DNA of 64,000 nt, taken from a virus. Lineage: Duplodnaviria; Caudoviricetes. A program made the translations under genes and the position numbers. Shown piece by piece: positions 27,729 through 40,792 of the stretch; position 1 is the first letter of the stretch; each line of letters starts with the position of its first letter. Location: IMG/VR virus record IMGVR_UViG_3300029305_005280; one strand, given 5' to 3'. The notes under the pieces were generated by a model. It saw only the letters and a program-made list of their open reading frames with translations, did not search any database and was not told where the DNA came from.

Positions 27729-28966
27729 TGTTAACGCCATCTAATTTGAAAGTAATAAAATTTACATCTTACTGTTGCACGTCTGATGGTATACCTGTTG
27801 AGAGCACGGGAAAAGATGTATGCGTATTATTTAATAAAACACAGATTGATGAAAAAGAAGTTAGTAAATTGATTGATAACGGTATGTACGAATACGACGA
27901 TAGAGTTGTAATACTTAATTCAAATCAACTCAAGTATATGGGAGACAAGAAATAAGATATGAGTAGTATATGTGGTGACTGTCACTTTTTGAACCTAACT
28001 GAAGAAAGACAGAACGAACTATATAATCTAACAGGAATGAAAAGTCATCATTTCTGTATGAAATATAAGAAAATTTTAATACACTGGCCCAATAAAGAGC
28101 CGGACATAACTAGATGTGAGAAGTGTATTGCTTGTGACAATAAAGGAAATCAATCATAAACCTGAGCTCAGCATCAAGAACGCAACAGTGTCATTGTCAT
28201 ATGATGAAGTTCGTGATATTGCAAATGCTTTTGTATATCTTTTACATCAGGGTGAAAAAGATTTCAAACCCTCGGAAAGCGAACTTGAATGTTTTAGAAA
28301 AAGAAAACAAGATTTCAATATTCTGTTTGATATTGTTAAGCATGGTCTTGTTACCCAGTTCACTATCGACCGATACGCAACACCACAGGAATCAACTTGT
28401 CCTGCAGATTGTAAAGGAGTAACATACAATGACTGATTTATATTTTGGAATAAAACTTGTAATAGGTGCAATTGTTACTGGATTCTTTGTTATTTGCTTG
28501 TTAGTTATCTTGTTTCAAGCATTTAAAGAGCAGATTCGACACAATAGAATTGATAAATACATGACTTCAATTGGATTTAAAAGAGGACTTATTAGGACAG
28601 CCGCTTTTGGTGATAATCACACTTATGGATACAGAAAAGAGTATGACAATAGACACAGCGAGATAATCGAAGATAACGAACTTAGAAATATGTCATTAAG
28701 AGAAATAAAGAAAAGGTGGAAGTAATATGAGACAAAAGAAATGCCCTGCTTGGAAAACATGTCGTAATGGGGCTGACGGTTGCTGGGAATTAGACCCTAA
28801 ACTTTGTGTAAGATTTCTACCACTGGAAGGAACGCATGTTACAGAGATAAGCGGGTGTGTTGAAACACCACCTAATGTTGATTCATATGCATTTGCTCAA
28901 TATTTTAGTAACTGGATTGAATCAATGGGATGGTCACATTGTTGTATGACAAGACCTTACAAAGAG

Positions 28967-29002
28967 GAACCTAAAGATGAGCCAAAAGATGAGCCAAAAG
29001 AT
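28967..29002 (+). repeat. 12-bp tandem repeat encoding (EPKD)x3
   Basis: GAACCTAAAGAT GAGCCAAAAGAT GAGCCAAAAGAT. Confidence 0.8.
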
Positions 29003-32000
29003 ACTAAAAAACATTTTCTAAAGGGGTTGTGGAAATAATGTCAAAGCAGCAATCAATGGAATTTATTGCAGGTTACATTTTTAATAAGATTGATAAACAA
29101 CTACACGAAAATTTTTTGCACGACACTGTAGCTGAATTTGATGGTATGGCAACTATTCCTAAAGTTTGGTTCGGGCTTAAATGCAGTAAACAAGATAGTG
29201 TTGATTTAATCTATTCAGATAAAACATATTTTATTGAAAAACTTACAGCTTGTGTGGAAGAATACTTTCCAACCGCAAGAATAAAGAAATTAACAATAGA
29301 ACCCGTTAATCAGTATATAAGATTTTCATACACATTTGTAAAACATTTTGTCAAAAAGAAAATGACTGTTAATGAAATTGAAAAAGAACTTGGCTACAAG
29401 ATTGAAATAGTTGGTGATAACTAATGAATCAATATTATGTTATAAAGAATAAAGTTACTGGTTTGTACTTTAGAGGTAAAGGTGTAAATCGTTGGGGCAA
29501 GTATTTTAATCAAGCAAGTATATATCGTGTAAGAGGAATGGCAGAGCACACCATCAAAGAAGTATCTTGGCGTGGCGAAGAAGCCATAATAGTACCCATA
29601 CAAATAATTGAAGGAGAATAAGTATGAAAATATATGTTGATAAGATACCGTTAAACGCTCTTGATTGTTTATTTTCTGCTAAACCTGCTCTAAGCAATGG
29701 TGTATTGTGTAACTGCCAGATAAAATATAGGCATTTTGATTCAGTTGACGGTATGTCATATTCATTTACACCCGGCCGATTTACTTGTAGTTTATGTGCT
29801 GCAGAAAAATGTCCTTACTTGGAGGAAATAAAAGATGGCAAGAATATTTAAGATAAGCGGTTACTATATTGACCCAAATGATGATTGGTCAGAGGATGAC
29901 CTTAAAATTGAATTGGAAGAACGCTTTGATTTAATTGATAAACATATTGAAGTTGAATCTGTTGATATTGGAGAATTTGAGGATGATAATCCTTTGAATA
30001 GATTTGACTCTCCCATTGAAGAATGCGAAAAATATTTTGAACAATGATTAAGAAGTCAGCAGATAGTTGACTTCTTATTTTATATCATTTATAATAAATA
30101 TAACGAAAGGAAGGTATCTATGATTGGTGAATTTGTAAAGATTAAAGTTGACCATGAAATTCATAAGTGTGAAGTTTTATGTTTTATATCATGGGATAGC
30201 ATTCTTAATGAAAACAAAACAACTTTGATGATAAGGCCTCATTTTCTTGGTTATTATAACCATAGTTGGCCGGAATGGTTAACAAACTTATTTGAAAATG
30301 GTGTCCTTACTGTTGATATGGACGCTGAGGATAAGCCCATATTGCAGTTCATTGATGGTAATATTCTTTATGATGTAAATGAAAGGGACCTTATCCTCCG
30401 ATATAAAACAGTGACAGGAAATGTGTCTTATCGTTATATGAGTCGTGAAGAATATGACGGTTGTCCAAAAGAAGAGTACCATGAGGTGAAATTTTAATGA
30501 ATGAAGTAGCAAGAATTATCAAACAGCTTGCTGGTAAAAAGTATCCAATTAAAGTTGTAGCTGAAGATAACAAGGAATATATACTGATTGAAACTTTGTT
30601 TGCTTCGCAAGAGTGTCTTGAATATGCTTTGGAACATCATTACAATATAAAGTTTGATTGTTGCAACTGGTGTGATGCTTGCAGAGAACTTTGTAAATAT
30701 CAAGAGTCGGGATTTAACATTGAGTTTAAGTATGAACAAGTTAAGTATGAAGGATTACTACTTGAGCCAAAAGTTATTGCTTACTGCACAAAGGAGTGGA
30801 ATGATGCCGTTTAAAGTTCAAGAAAAAGAATTACCTAATAGAGTATTTGATGTATATGCAGTTAGAGACGATAAGACAGGCTATCCACATTTCCTTATAT
30901 ATAAAGTAAATGCTTGGGTATATGTTAGTGCAAAGCATTTTATTCCATACAAATCAAAGGAGATGCTATATGGATAAACTTGACCATTTTGCACAAGATG
31001 TAAGTAATTACTTAAATTCACAATACCCTGAAAACTATTCTTTTGAATGTGTTGTGAATAAAAAGCCAGATTCTTTCAATATACCGAGAAATGAGAATGT
31101 CACGTTAATATGCAAAGTTAATGGAGAACATGTAAGAACACTCAATCCTAATGAATTAGTTAACACATATGAACATTGGTTAAATGAATTCAATACATTA
31201 TCAGGTCTCCACAGTCATTGGCAGATTGAGTTAGTAAGTGCATTGGAGGGTAAATAGATGACTGAGCAAACATTTGAAAAAGCAAAGGAAATTCAAGCAA
31301 GAATAGATATGATTTCGGAAGCAATCAGTTGTATCAAACAATGCAAAGTTAGCGAAACTCATTCACAATACTCTCTTGCGTCAATTGAAATACTAAAACA
31401 AGATGGATTCATTGTTGAGGATTGTAAAGTTGTTAATCACATAGTTATTGATGATGATATACTTCATGACATTGAGTCTTTATTGTGGAAGAAATATGAA
31501 GAATCTTGCAGGGAGTTTGAAGCATTATGACAAAGTTACAAGATTTACTCAAAGAGCATCCTGAGTTAAGAAATAAGAAAGTTACTTATGCGGACTTACT
31601 TCAAATATTTAGCGATTTAGTTGATACTCTAACAAAGAGCTCAAATTCGTCTGTGGATGTAGTTAATAAGGTATTTAATGTGCTTGAAAAAACTATCGAC
31701 CAACTAAGATATGAAAGACTTAGAGACCTGATGTTCATAGAAGCTATTATTGCTAAAGCAAATCATATTGAGCAAGACTCAATTCATGCAAACTATAAAA
31801 ACTTTTGTAATGAGTTTGACAAATTAAATGGAGGCAACAATACGAATGAAGATTGATATTGACCCAGTAATAGAAGAAAAAGTAAGAACTATTGTTAAAG
31901 AATTGAATAATTATATCACCAATGGAAAATGGGAACTATTTAAGGCTGACTGTGAAGAATTGCTTGAAAAATTTCCATTGAATGACCTTTTAACAATGGG

Positions 32001-32511
32001 TTGTAAATTGCATAAATTGCCCACAACCAGATATCTTGAGTTACCTTATAAAGAGATAACTGAAGCTGACATCAATAAAATACTTATAAATGTGACTAAG
32101 TTTAATAGTATAAAATAACAAATAATATTGGAGACGATAAGATGACTAATTATGAGAAAGTAATGAAAGAAATGACAGTCGAAAGAATGGCTGAAGTAAA
32201 TGTAAAACTTGTTACTGTCAATAGTCGTAACTTGTTCTATATGACTTCTACAGGACAGTTATTCCTACCTGAGCAATACGAAGCAGCTGTAAGATATGAA
32301 TATGGTTGGTTAATGAGAGATGATGACTCAATAACTGACCCTAACGGTAATGCATCCGTTAATAATGAAGAAGTTAATCAGGAAAATACTAATAAGAAGG
32401 AGTAAGATTGAATGGGAACAGGTGACAAGCCAATCTTATAAAAACAAAGGTAGTTGGATTTTATATTCAACTACCTTATAATATTATATGTAAGAAAGGA
32501 AGGTAAAGAGA

Positions 32512-33177
32512 ATGGAAATTGTAAAAGGCAAACATATCATTCTAAAAAGAGACAAACAAAGTTATGATACAAATGTATGCGGTAAGTGGGAAAACTATTC
32601 TATAGATACTTATCAAGGAACAGTACTCAAAGAAGCAGCTCAACGATATAAAGTATTGTTAAAAAGTGGCTTTATTGATGACAAAGAATTTACATCACTT
32701 AAAAATAAGTTAAGCCAGATTCCTAACACACAACCGAGCACAATAGTTGACTTGTGGAGCCTTCCTGAAACCGAGGGTTATGTTACAGTTCCTAAAGCAG
32801 AAGAAAAGGCCATTGAAATCATAAAAGACATTATAGCCACTGAGCCTACGCCTATACAACCTGTACCTACTGAACAACCCTCACCAAAACCTAAGCAGGA
32901 AGCACCTCAAGTGCATTCGCACAAAGGAAAATGGGTAGTAACAGCAGGACTAAATAGAGTAGGCAGACAAAGATATGTTAGTATATATACAGATTGTGAT
33001 GACCTAGATATAAGTGTGGTACCCTCACCCGTATCAAAAACAAAAGCATTAGAAGTACTTGCAAGAATAAAAAAAGAATACAAAGAGAAACAGAATAAAA
33101 CAACTGCAACAATTGCAAAAAGGACAGAAGAAATAACATTTGAAATAGCACCTTGGACAGACCCTTGGGGAGAATAA
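32512..33177 (+). CDS. Hypothetical protein with a Pro-rich linker
   Basis: Own promoter at 32451, GGAAGG SD. Confidence 0.75.
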   Translation: MEIVKGKHIILKRDKQSYDTNVCGKWENYSIDTYQGTVLKEAAQRYKVLLKSGFIDDKEFTSLKNKLSQIPNTQPSTIVDLWSLPETEGYVTVPKAEEKAIEIIKDIIATEPTPIQPVPTEQPSPKPKQEAPQVHSHKGKWVVTAGLNRVGRQRYVSIYTDCDDLDISVVPSPVSKTKALEVLARIKKEYKEKQNKTTATIAKRTEEITFEIAPWTDPWGE

Positions 33178-33245
33178 AAAGTAAAATAGTAAAAAAGTAA
33201 GTGCTAAATTAAAACATAAAGTAATAAAACAGAGGTAACAGTAAA

Positions 33246-33680
33246 ATGACTTTAACATATTGGTTTGGAAGAGACGATGACCAAGAGTTTGAATTTGAAC
33301 CTGATTATTATCAAATAAAAGAATTCTTAGAGAGCCAAGATGAAGCAGTGCTAGCAGAAGCAGCTGAAGAAGCATTTGATAAATTAAGTGAACAGCAGCA
33401 AAGCGAAATAATCACTGATTTAATCAACGATGGTTCATATAACCTACTTAAAAAGACACAAGTAGGAACAAATGTTAAATGGTCTATTAACTGGCAAGAG
33501 ATGGTTAAAAAAGATAAAGATTGGGTTATCACAGAATTTGTATTTGACAACTTAGACCAATTTGAAGATGATATGAAAGATTATTTTCATAGAGAAGCCT
33601 CTGAACAATATGATGATGCTGAGGCATATAGAAAAGACCCTTATGGATACAATGGCGTATCTCCAAGAGACTTTTACTAA
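33246..33680 (+). CDS. Acidic hypothetical protein
   Basis: GAGG SD; preceded by a GTGCTAAATT motif. Confidence 0.75.
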   Translation: MTLTYWFGRDDDQEFEFEPDYYQIKEFLESQDEAVLAEAAEEAFDKLSEQQQSEIITDLINDGSYNLLKKTQVGTNVKWSINWQEMVKKDKDWVITEFVFDNLDQFEDDMKDYFHREASEQYDDAEAYRKDPYGYNGVSPRDFY

Positions 33681-36600
33681 TAAAATTATACTGCTGAATA
33701 ATTTGAATTAAGCAGCGCCTAAGCAACAATATGATACGATAAGATTTCCTTGGGTTACCTAATAAGGTTTCCTGAGGAATTTTTATTTTGCAAAGAATTT
33801 ATGTTGATAGTTGAAATATATCTATTATCATATTATAATATAGTTGTAAAATAAAAAGGAAGGTTGTTAATTATGAATAAGGTTTTAAGTTGTTTACAAT
33901 ATGTTAAGGCAAGTGATATTTGGCCCACTGCTAATGATAATATTGATTATGGTCCTAAAGAAGGACTTTTAAGAGGCTATAATGTCCAGGTTCTTAAAGC
34001 AGATGGTACTCTTGGTTGGGATAGCTGTGAGTATATTAGAGGTACTATTGAAGAAGAAATCAATAGTGAATTTAAACAGTGGTGGTATGCTGATAGAGGT
34101 GTTACTCCTACTGGTCGTATCTGCTTTAGAGGATATGCAGTTCCTAGTTATGATGGTACTGTTATTCCTTGTAATGTTTAAGGAGGGCTAGCATGATTGA
34201 TTTTAAAACTAAGACACTTTATTTTGGTTATGGGGATATTGCTGTAGGTAACACAACTATAGCACTTCGATTTAGACAATTTGAACCATCTATGGAAGTA
34301 GGTGCAGATATAATTGATGGTGAAATGAATTTTACTTCAAACGGCATCAATATTTATCTGTGTAGTTATGCAGAAGTGGAATGTCTTGAAAGACTTCTTG
34401 ATAAGATGACAGGAAGAGATTTCTTCTATTTTATCTTCAAAGAATGGACATTCAACTTTGCTAATTGGAATCCTAAATCAATTGAAGTTATCAAAGCACA
34501 TTTAAACATTGTTAAGAATAATATGTTGGCGCCTATGGCTTGTTAGGAGGGCTTGTATGAAAATAGTTTTAACACCTGCAGAAGTAAATCATATCGTTAC
34601 TACTCATCTTGTTATGGAGAGTAAACTAGAACCTAATATACCTACTGATTGTACTTGGCGTATAAATCAATTTAATGTTGCTCATTCTGAATTGGTGTAT
34701 TCTCAAGAGGAGGTCAACAAGAATGTTGAAATTAGTTAACAAACTTCATACAATACTAAATGAAGTAAAAGGTTTTATTACTGGTTACAAATCAAGTATA
34801 CCCAATATCATGATTGTAAACTACAATGATGATTACTATATGCTTGAATTCACTAAACTTAGGCCTATTGAAGTTACCGATAAGTTAAGAAAAGAATACC
34901 TCTTTGAAAAAACTACAAAAGAGGACGAACAGATGATTATCATGTCTGAAATGCTTAGAACTTTGAAACCTGAGGTGGAGGATAATGATGCAGATTATTA
35001 GTGAATATAAAACAGACAGACAAGGAAATGATTGTTGGATTACTGATTATATCTGTTTAGTTGAACTTGACCGTAATCTTTTTCTTTTGACATTTACAGA
35101 AAGAGTACAAGGTACTTGGACTGGTGATGTTAAAACTACTAAGACATCAATTCATACTGATTATCATGAAGCACTATTAGCAATGAAACTCATAATTAAC
35201 AAATTGGAGCGAGAATGATGGATATTAAATGGAGAACATCAGAAACTATTGTAGCACTTTACTATAGACGACCTTATGAAAATGAAAGGGAATTCATTTG
35301 TGTATGTGAGTCTGAAGAAGTTGCTAATGAGGAGATACATCGACTCAGAGAAGAATGGCCTGATGCTTATCCAACACCTGAACGATTTGAAACTAATTTA
35401 GTTAGATATGTAAGGAGAGCTCATTGATGTTTGAATATACAACTATAGATGGTAACAAGGTTACGCTAAATCCAAATAACATTACTGTAATTTTAGAATG
35501 TGGTGTGCATTGTAATGTTTACACTTCTGATAGTGGTGACCCAATCAAACTTGGGGAAAGTTATGAAAAGGTTAAAAATGATTTTAACAAGTTTATGTAT
35601 TCAATTCGAACTGTGATGAAAGTGTGAGGTATTAGCATGAAACTACAGATTCCTACTACAATAGAAGCAAAAGAAACAGACACTACAGGTAAACACAGGT
35701 ATGTGGTAGCAACACGTTGTGGTGGCTTGATGGAAGACCCTAAAATATACTATATAAACTATCAAGTAATAAATGCTGATACACCTGAAGAAGCTAAACT
35801 AAAATATGATAAGATAAATGACTGTAGTTTTTACTATGGTCAAGTCCTCAGTGAAATCAAGGAAGGAAAATAATGCATGTTTATATCTAAATATAGTTAT
35901 CTAAGAGATAAGCTACAAGATAGAGTTGAATACGAAAAGAATAAGTATCCTCTAACTGAAAGAGAACAAACATTCATTTCAATCATTGATGAATTGCTTC
36001 GCTATCTGCATGACGATGCTAAGAAAAGGGAGCTGAATAAGTTTGACTGAGCAAGAAGCACTTGAGATAGTTAATAGTAAAACTGCAACTGTCACACTTA
36101 AAGGTATTGAAAAAATTATTGACACTCTTGCCCATTCAGCTGCTGACCGTGGTGATGATTTAGAGTGTAAAACAATAGGTGAGTATTCATACTATGAAGG
36201 ACAAGTAAATGCCTTTCTTATTATAAAAAGATTACTTGAAAAGTTAGAGGTTGAATAATGACTGAAAGTAAGTACACAAAAAGTTCATTTATTCTTGTTA
36301 CATTTATCAACAATAAACCGATGTTTGTAATGAAGAGCACAACTGTTGATAACTTAACTGGGTTTACATCTTCAATAACTAAAGCAAGAAAGTTTAAGAA
36401 TATGGAGGATGTATATGCAGTTAAATCAGCACACCCTCAACTAACTGACTCTTTTATTGAGGTTCTTGATATTACATATAGCATAAGATACTCAGGACTT
36501 AAGTTGAATGACAAAGGGCAGTTGATATGACAACTATTGTATAATAGAATTATAAAGAAGCTCAATGCAAAAATTGATTATCAAAATGATACAATACAGT

Positions 36601-36727
36601 TACTAGCAAAGAACCTTTATGAGCTTACATTAGAATTCAATAAACATATAACTCGATAAGGAGTATTGATTATGATTAAAAGGATTGATGGTTACTAAAT
36701 AACTTTATAAGAAAGGTTGTTTAGTAA

Positions 36728-37378
36728 ATGTATAAAACTGAATATCGTAGCAAGTATTATCTTATTGACCTCTACAAAGGTACTCAGGTAAGAGAATTTC
36801 ATAATGAAGAAGCTCTTATTGATTGGTTAGTATATCAAACTCGAGAAGTTTTTATTTGGTGGGACAAAGAAAAGATAAAGAATACTTATCTCGATGAAAT
36901 TGCTCTTAACACTAACGACATAATGGAAAGTGTGGATTTAAAAACTTTAGATTCTACTGTTTGTCACAGACGCTACATGTTTTATGATGACCACAATCGT
37001 ATCATTGATGCAAGAATCTATTGGCCTGAAGTGAAAGCAAGATTTATTCATCGTAAAGAACACAAATATGACCACAGAGTTAGTGATGATGCTAGGCCTG
37101 GTGATATCTATCATAGATATAGTTGGGCAAGAGGTAATGAGTATAGATATGCATTTCGTCGTGGGCCTGTCCCCGGAACAAGTTATCATTGGAGAGGTTA
37201 CTGGTATAGACATCCTCATACAACTGCAGAGTACAAGCAAAACACTGACCCTGATTATAAACAGTATGTAAGAGGTAAAAGAAGACATCTTCCTAATGCT
37301 TATGATGACATTTGTCGTTCTGATGTTTATAGTAGGAACTGGAAAGATAATACTAAAAAAAGAAAACAATGGATGTAA
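36728..37378 (+). CDS. Phage protein with a basic C-terminus (PVPG...LPNAYDD...RNWK..K.RKQW)
   Basis: Motif pattern recalled from large phages; followed by a terminator. Confidence 0.75.
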   Translation: MYKTEYRSKYYLIDLYKGTQVREFHNEEALIDWLVYQTREVFIWWDKEKIKNTYLDEIALNTNDIMESVDLKTLDSTVCHRRYMFYDDHNRIIDARIYWPEVKARFIHRKEHKYDHRVSDDARPGDIYHRYSWARGNEYRYAFRRGPVPGTSYHWRGYWYRHPHTTAEYKQNTDPDYKQYVRGKRRHLPNAYDDICRSDVYSRNWKDNTKKRKQWM

Positions 37379-38137
37379 AAAGAAAGCACTATCATTACTT
37401 GGTAGTGCTTTTTAATTTAGTTGATACATTCAGTTGGTTACCTTATAATATAATAAAGATGAATGTAAGGAGATATAACTATGAGTAGTTTAACAACCGA
37501 TTGTAAGATTGAGTACAAAGTTGTTTTGTATGACCCCGTTCGTGATAGACGATTATACACTGACAGAGACATGAGGTATTATAGTTTTGATTACGCTGTG
37601 GAAGTTGCTAAAGAAGAAATTGCAGCATATGTAAAACAAAGTAATAGTTACATTGAAGCAAAAATTGAAACAGTTGTATCTCCAGTATATAGATAAGGAG
37701 CATACAAGTATGAATAAAGTTATATATACGGATGGCAAAGAAGCAAGGATAAGATTTACTACATTTAATCATGGTAAAGATATACTTTTCAAACCACAAG
37801 GAGCTGAATGTTATTACTTGTGGAAAGATAGTATGTTCGGAATGTATGAGGAGTACTATGCAGGTTATCCTGATAGTCGATTAGCTTCCTCACAAAAGAA
37901 TATGATACGGCTACCACTTACCCATAATAGATTCTATCGTTGTTTATCGAACAGTAGTTACCCAAGTGTTGTTGATTCAAGTATATGGGTAAGGACTGCT
38001 GAAATTGAAAGAATTGAACTTGACATAAATGACCTACAAGCAGCCGTAGGTATGGAAAGTGGAGTTGTTCTTTAGTTGATATATTCTAACTGTTATTTTA
38101 TAATAATGGTGTAATAAAGAAAAGGAAGGTCATTACT

Positions 38138-38569
38138 ATGCTAAAAATTGATAAGGTTGTCATTATAAATGGTTCACCTAGATATTATATTTCTTGTGAT
38201 GAGACAATTGCAGTCAAGGAAAAGATTCATTCCAAATTAGTTGAAGGATGCACTGAAGAATTATTTTGTGAGACTACTAATGTGCCTGGTGTTTACCATT
38301 TTGGTTGTAAACAGTTGGTAGATAATTGGGCCCACAGCGCTGGCTATGTTTGGTCAAGTAGGGCAGGATGTATTAACGGTCAGTTTGGTTTGCAGTTGTA
38401 TGACGATTGTGTTATTAACAGTGGAGGTTACTGGCACGCTGATATAAACTTACTAAAGACTCTTATGGAAGATTATACTGGTAAGAAGTATACTGTTAAG
38501 CAATACTATCCTGGTTATGATAAAGATAAAGAAGAGCCTAATTATAAACTTGTGGAGGTACAGGAATAA
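38138..38569 (+). CDS. Hypothetical protein
   Basis: Promoter at 38073, GGAAGG SD. Confidence 0.75.
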   Translation: MLKIDKVVIINGSPRYYISCDETIAVKEKIHSKLVEGCTEELFCETTNVPGVYHFGCKQLVDNWAHSAGYVWSSRAGCINGQFGLQLYDDCVINSGGYWHADINLLKTLMEDYTGKKYTVKQYYPGYDKDKEEPNYKLVEVQE

Positions 38570-39024
38570 TGAATACTGCACTTATTGCTGCTTGCGCTAC
38601 TGTAGGTAAAGTAAAGGAAAACAAATGGCCTACTTACTACACAAATTTTCAAGGAGCCACTTACATTGATGTTAAGGTTAGAATGTATGTTCATTTTAGA
38701 CCGATGACTATCGTTGCTCCTACAGGGTATTCTTATTATGGTTCTATCTATGCACCTTATAAAATTCTTGATGTAAGACCTATTCAACTTAAAGGCAGGA
38801 GTAAATGTATTCAGCATAGCTTTAAGGTTGATATTAACAAGGTACATAATATTAGTGCATATATCAAAGATAGAATCAATGATATCAATATGCAGGGTAT
38901 ATGGCACTTCCATGAGTGTGAGATGGTTCATGAATATCGTGAATGGATTAAGAGTAATTACAATACTAATGTAAGTGCTGATTCTTTTGATTATACTATT
39001 CAGTTTTGTTCGGAGGTAGAATAA
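38569..39024 (+). CDS. Hypothetical protein
   Basis: TAATG coupling. Confidence 0.7.
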   Translation: MNTALIAACATVGKVKENKWPTYYTNFQGATYIDVKVRMYVHFRPMTIVAPTGYSYYGSIYAPYKILDVRPIQLKGRSKCIQHSFKVDINKVHNISAYIKDRINDINMQGIWHFHECEMVHEYREWIKSNYNTNVSADSFDYTIQFCSEVE

Positions 39025-39417
39025 GATGGATTTTGATGCTTCTTCTAAATTTAGTTCACCGTATGGTGCATGCCTCAAAGATGTAATTGTTAGTAAGTTA
39101 TGGGATATGTTGCAAAAGAATGGTAAGCTACATGTATTGTATAGACATCCAACTCGTGGCGAATTATGTCTGTCTGCAACATATATGAATGGTCATGTAA
39201 ATGATATTGAATATATAGAGGACCCACAAGGCGATATGATTTTAATTACTGCAATGGATGAAGAAACAGGTGAAGTTAAAACCGGTTTACATCCTGTTTG
39301 CGCTAGGCTCAGGTTCAAGTAATAAAATTATACCTCTAATAGATGAAACTTTAAGCACAGCCAAAGTGACAGGCTGTGCTTTATATTGTATAAAAGTATA
39401 TAAAGGAGTGAACACAG

Positions 39418-39822
39418 ATGGTAGACCCAAAAGATATCATTCCTCTTGAAGAACTAGAGGAAGACCTTAAAGAAGAACAAGCAGAAAACAATGCTGTATT
39501 AACTGAGCTTGAAGACTTATTTGAAAATACAGACTTTGAAAGAGTAGATGATATGAATCATATTTCTTTTCAAGCTTCTTCAGGCGATATAAAAGCACAA
39601 TTTAGTTTAGATAATAGCGAATTTACTTTTACCTGTTATATTAGTGAAGTAGATGATAATTCATTTAACTATTCACGTAAAGGAACAAAGCATCAAGCTG
39701 TAGATGCTGCTGAAAAGTTTCTTGCTGAATATGATGATTGGACAACAAATACTAAAGCATCTGATTATGAAGAAGATGAGTTACCTCTAGATGACCTTCC
39801 AGATACAAACAATGATGAATAA
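39418..39822 (+). CDS. Acidic hypothetical protein
   Basis: AAGGAG SD; ATTGTAT motif upstream. Confidence 0.75.
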   Translation: MVDPKDIIPLEELEEDLKEEQAENNAVLTELEDLFENTDFERVDDMNHISFQASSGDIKAQFSLDNSEFTFTCYISEVDDNSFNYSRKGTKHQAVDAAEKFLAEYDDWTTNTKASDYEEDELPLDDLPDTNNDE

Positions 39823-40014
39823 TAACAGAGGCTAGAAAATCGTATATTATAATTTATCACATATAAATAATTACATTAAGTTACTTATAGTAACTTATTA
39901 AATATAATAAATTATATAATATATAATAAGTGCATAATACCACCTATATAAAGGCCCCTAAGTTGGGTCTTTTGTTTTGTTAACCTATAATTAAAATAAA
40001 AGAGGTGACTAACA

Positions 40015-40383
40015 ATCAGTATCAATAAAGCTAAAAGAGAAGAAGTATATCACAAGTATGATGGACACTGTAGTTATTGTGGTCGTAAAATAGAGTACAA
40101 AGATATGCAAGTTGACCATTTTATTCCACAAAAGCGTTGTGATGCTACTATAGTTGATGATATATCCAATCTAATGCCAAGCTGTAGAAGTTGTAATCAT
40201 TACAAGAGAGCACATTCTTTAGAGACATTTAGAAGATATATTGCCGAGATACCTAAAAAGTTAAAAACTAACTACATATATAAAATAGGTCTGATATATG
40301 GCAATGTTATTGAAAATGAAAAGCCTATAAAGTTTTATTTTGAAGAATATGAAGAAAGGAGAGCAAAAAATGCAAACATATGA
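40015..40383 (+). CDS. HNH endonuclease (apparent ATC start)
   Basis: Frame extends upstream of the tracked ATG: VYHKYDGHCSYCG...MQVDHFIP...NLMPSCRSCNHYK; GAGGTG SD 7 nt before ATC at 40015. Confidence 0.8.
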   Translation: MSINKAKREEVYHKYDGHCSYCGRKIEYKDMQVDHFIPQKRCDATIVDDISNLMPSCRSCNHYKRAHSLETFRRYIAEIPKKLKTNYIYKIGLIYGNVIENEKPIKFYFEEYEERRAKNANI

Positions 40384-40681
40384 TAAGTATCATTATAGTG
40401 GTCCTCAGTATTACTTTGGTAATAAGATTGCTGCTAGTTCTAATCTATACACTATGGCCAGAAGTTTTGGTGAAGCAAGAAAGAACTTTATCTATAAGAT
40501 TGCAAATGGTGACATAACAACTAGATATGATATAGTTGATGATTTTATTACTTTAGTTAAACCTGAGCCACCTAAAGTTAAAAGAGATAAATGTGACCGT
40601 TGTGGCTATGAGTTGAATGATGCAGGTGATTGTCCTGTTTGTGACTATGGTGAGTATGATTTACTAGACCTAGAAGATTAA
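40370..40681 (+). CDS. Hypothetical protein with a C-terminal zinc ribbon
   Basis: CDRCG...CPVC. Confidence 0.75.
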   Translation: MQTYDKYHYSGPQYYFGNKIAASSNLYTMARSFGEARKNFIYKIANGDITTRYDIVDDFITLVKPEPPKVKRDKCDRCGYELNDAGDCPVCDYGEYDLLDLED

Positions 40682-40792
40682 TCAAATTGTATTTATAATT
40701 AAATAATTTTGTAAATTATAAATTTGTTTGCCGATTAGGTGCTAAATTATATTGGCCAACAAAAATAACTATAGTAAAGGATAATTGTTGAT

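Larger units (their letters stand above)
24718..39322 (+). other. Dense array of roughly 50 small, translationally coupled hypothetical early genes (several Cys-rich zinc-ribbon and membrane proteins)
   Basis: Back-to-back 60-150 aa + strand ORFs with SD sequences and ATGA/TAATG overlaps, punctuated by the repeated promoter. Confidence 0.8.
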
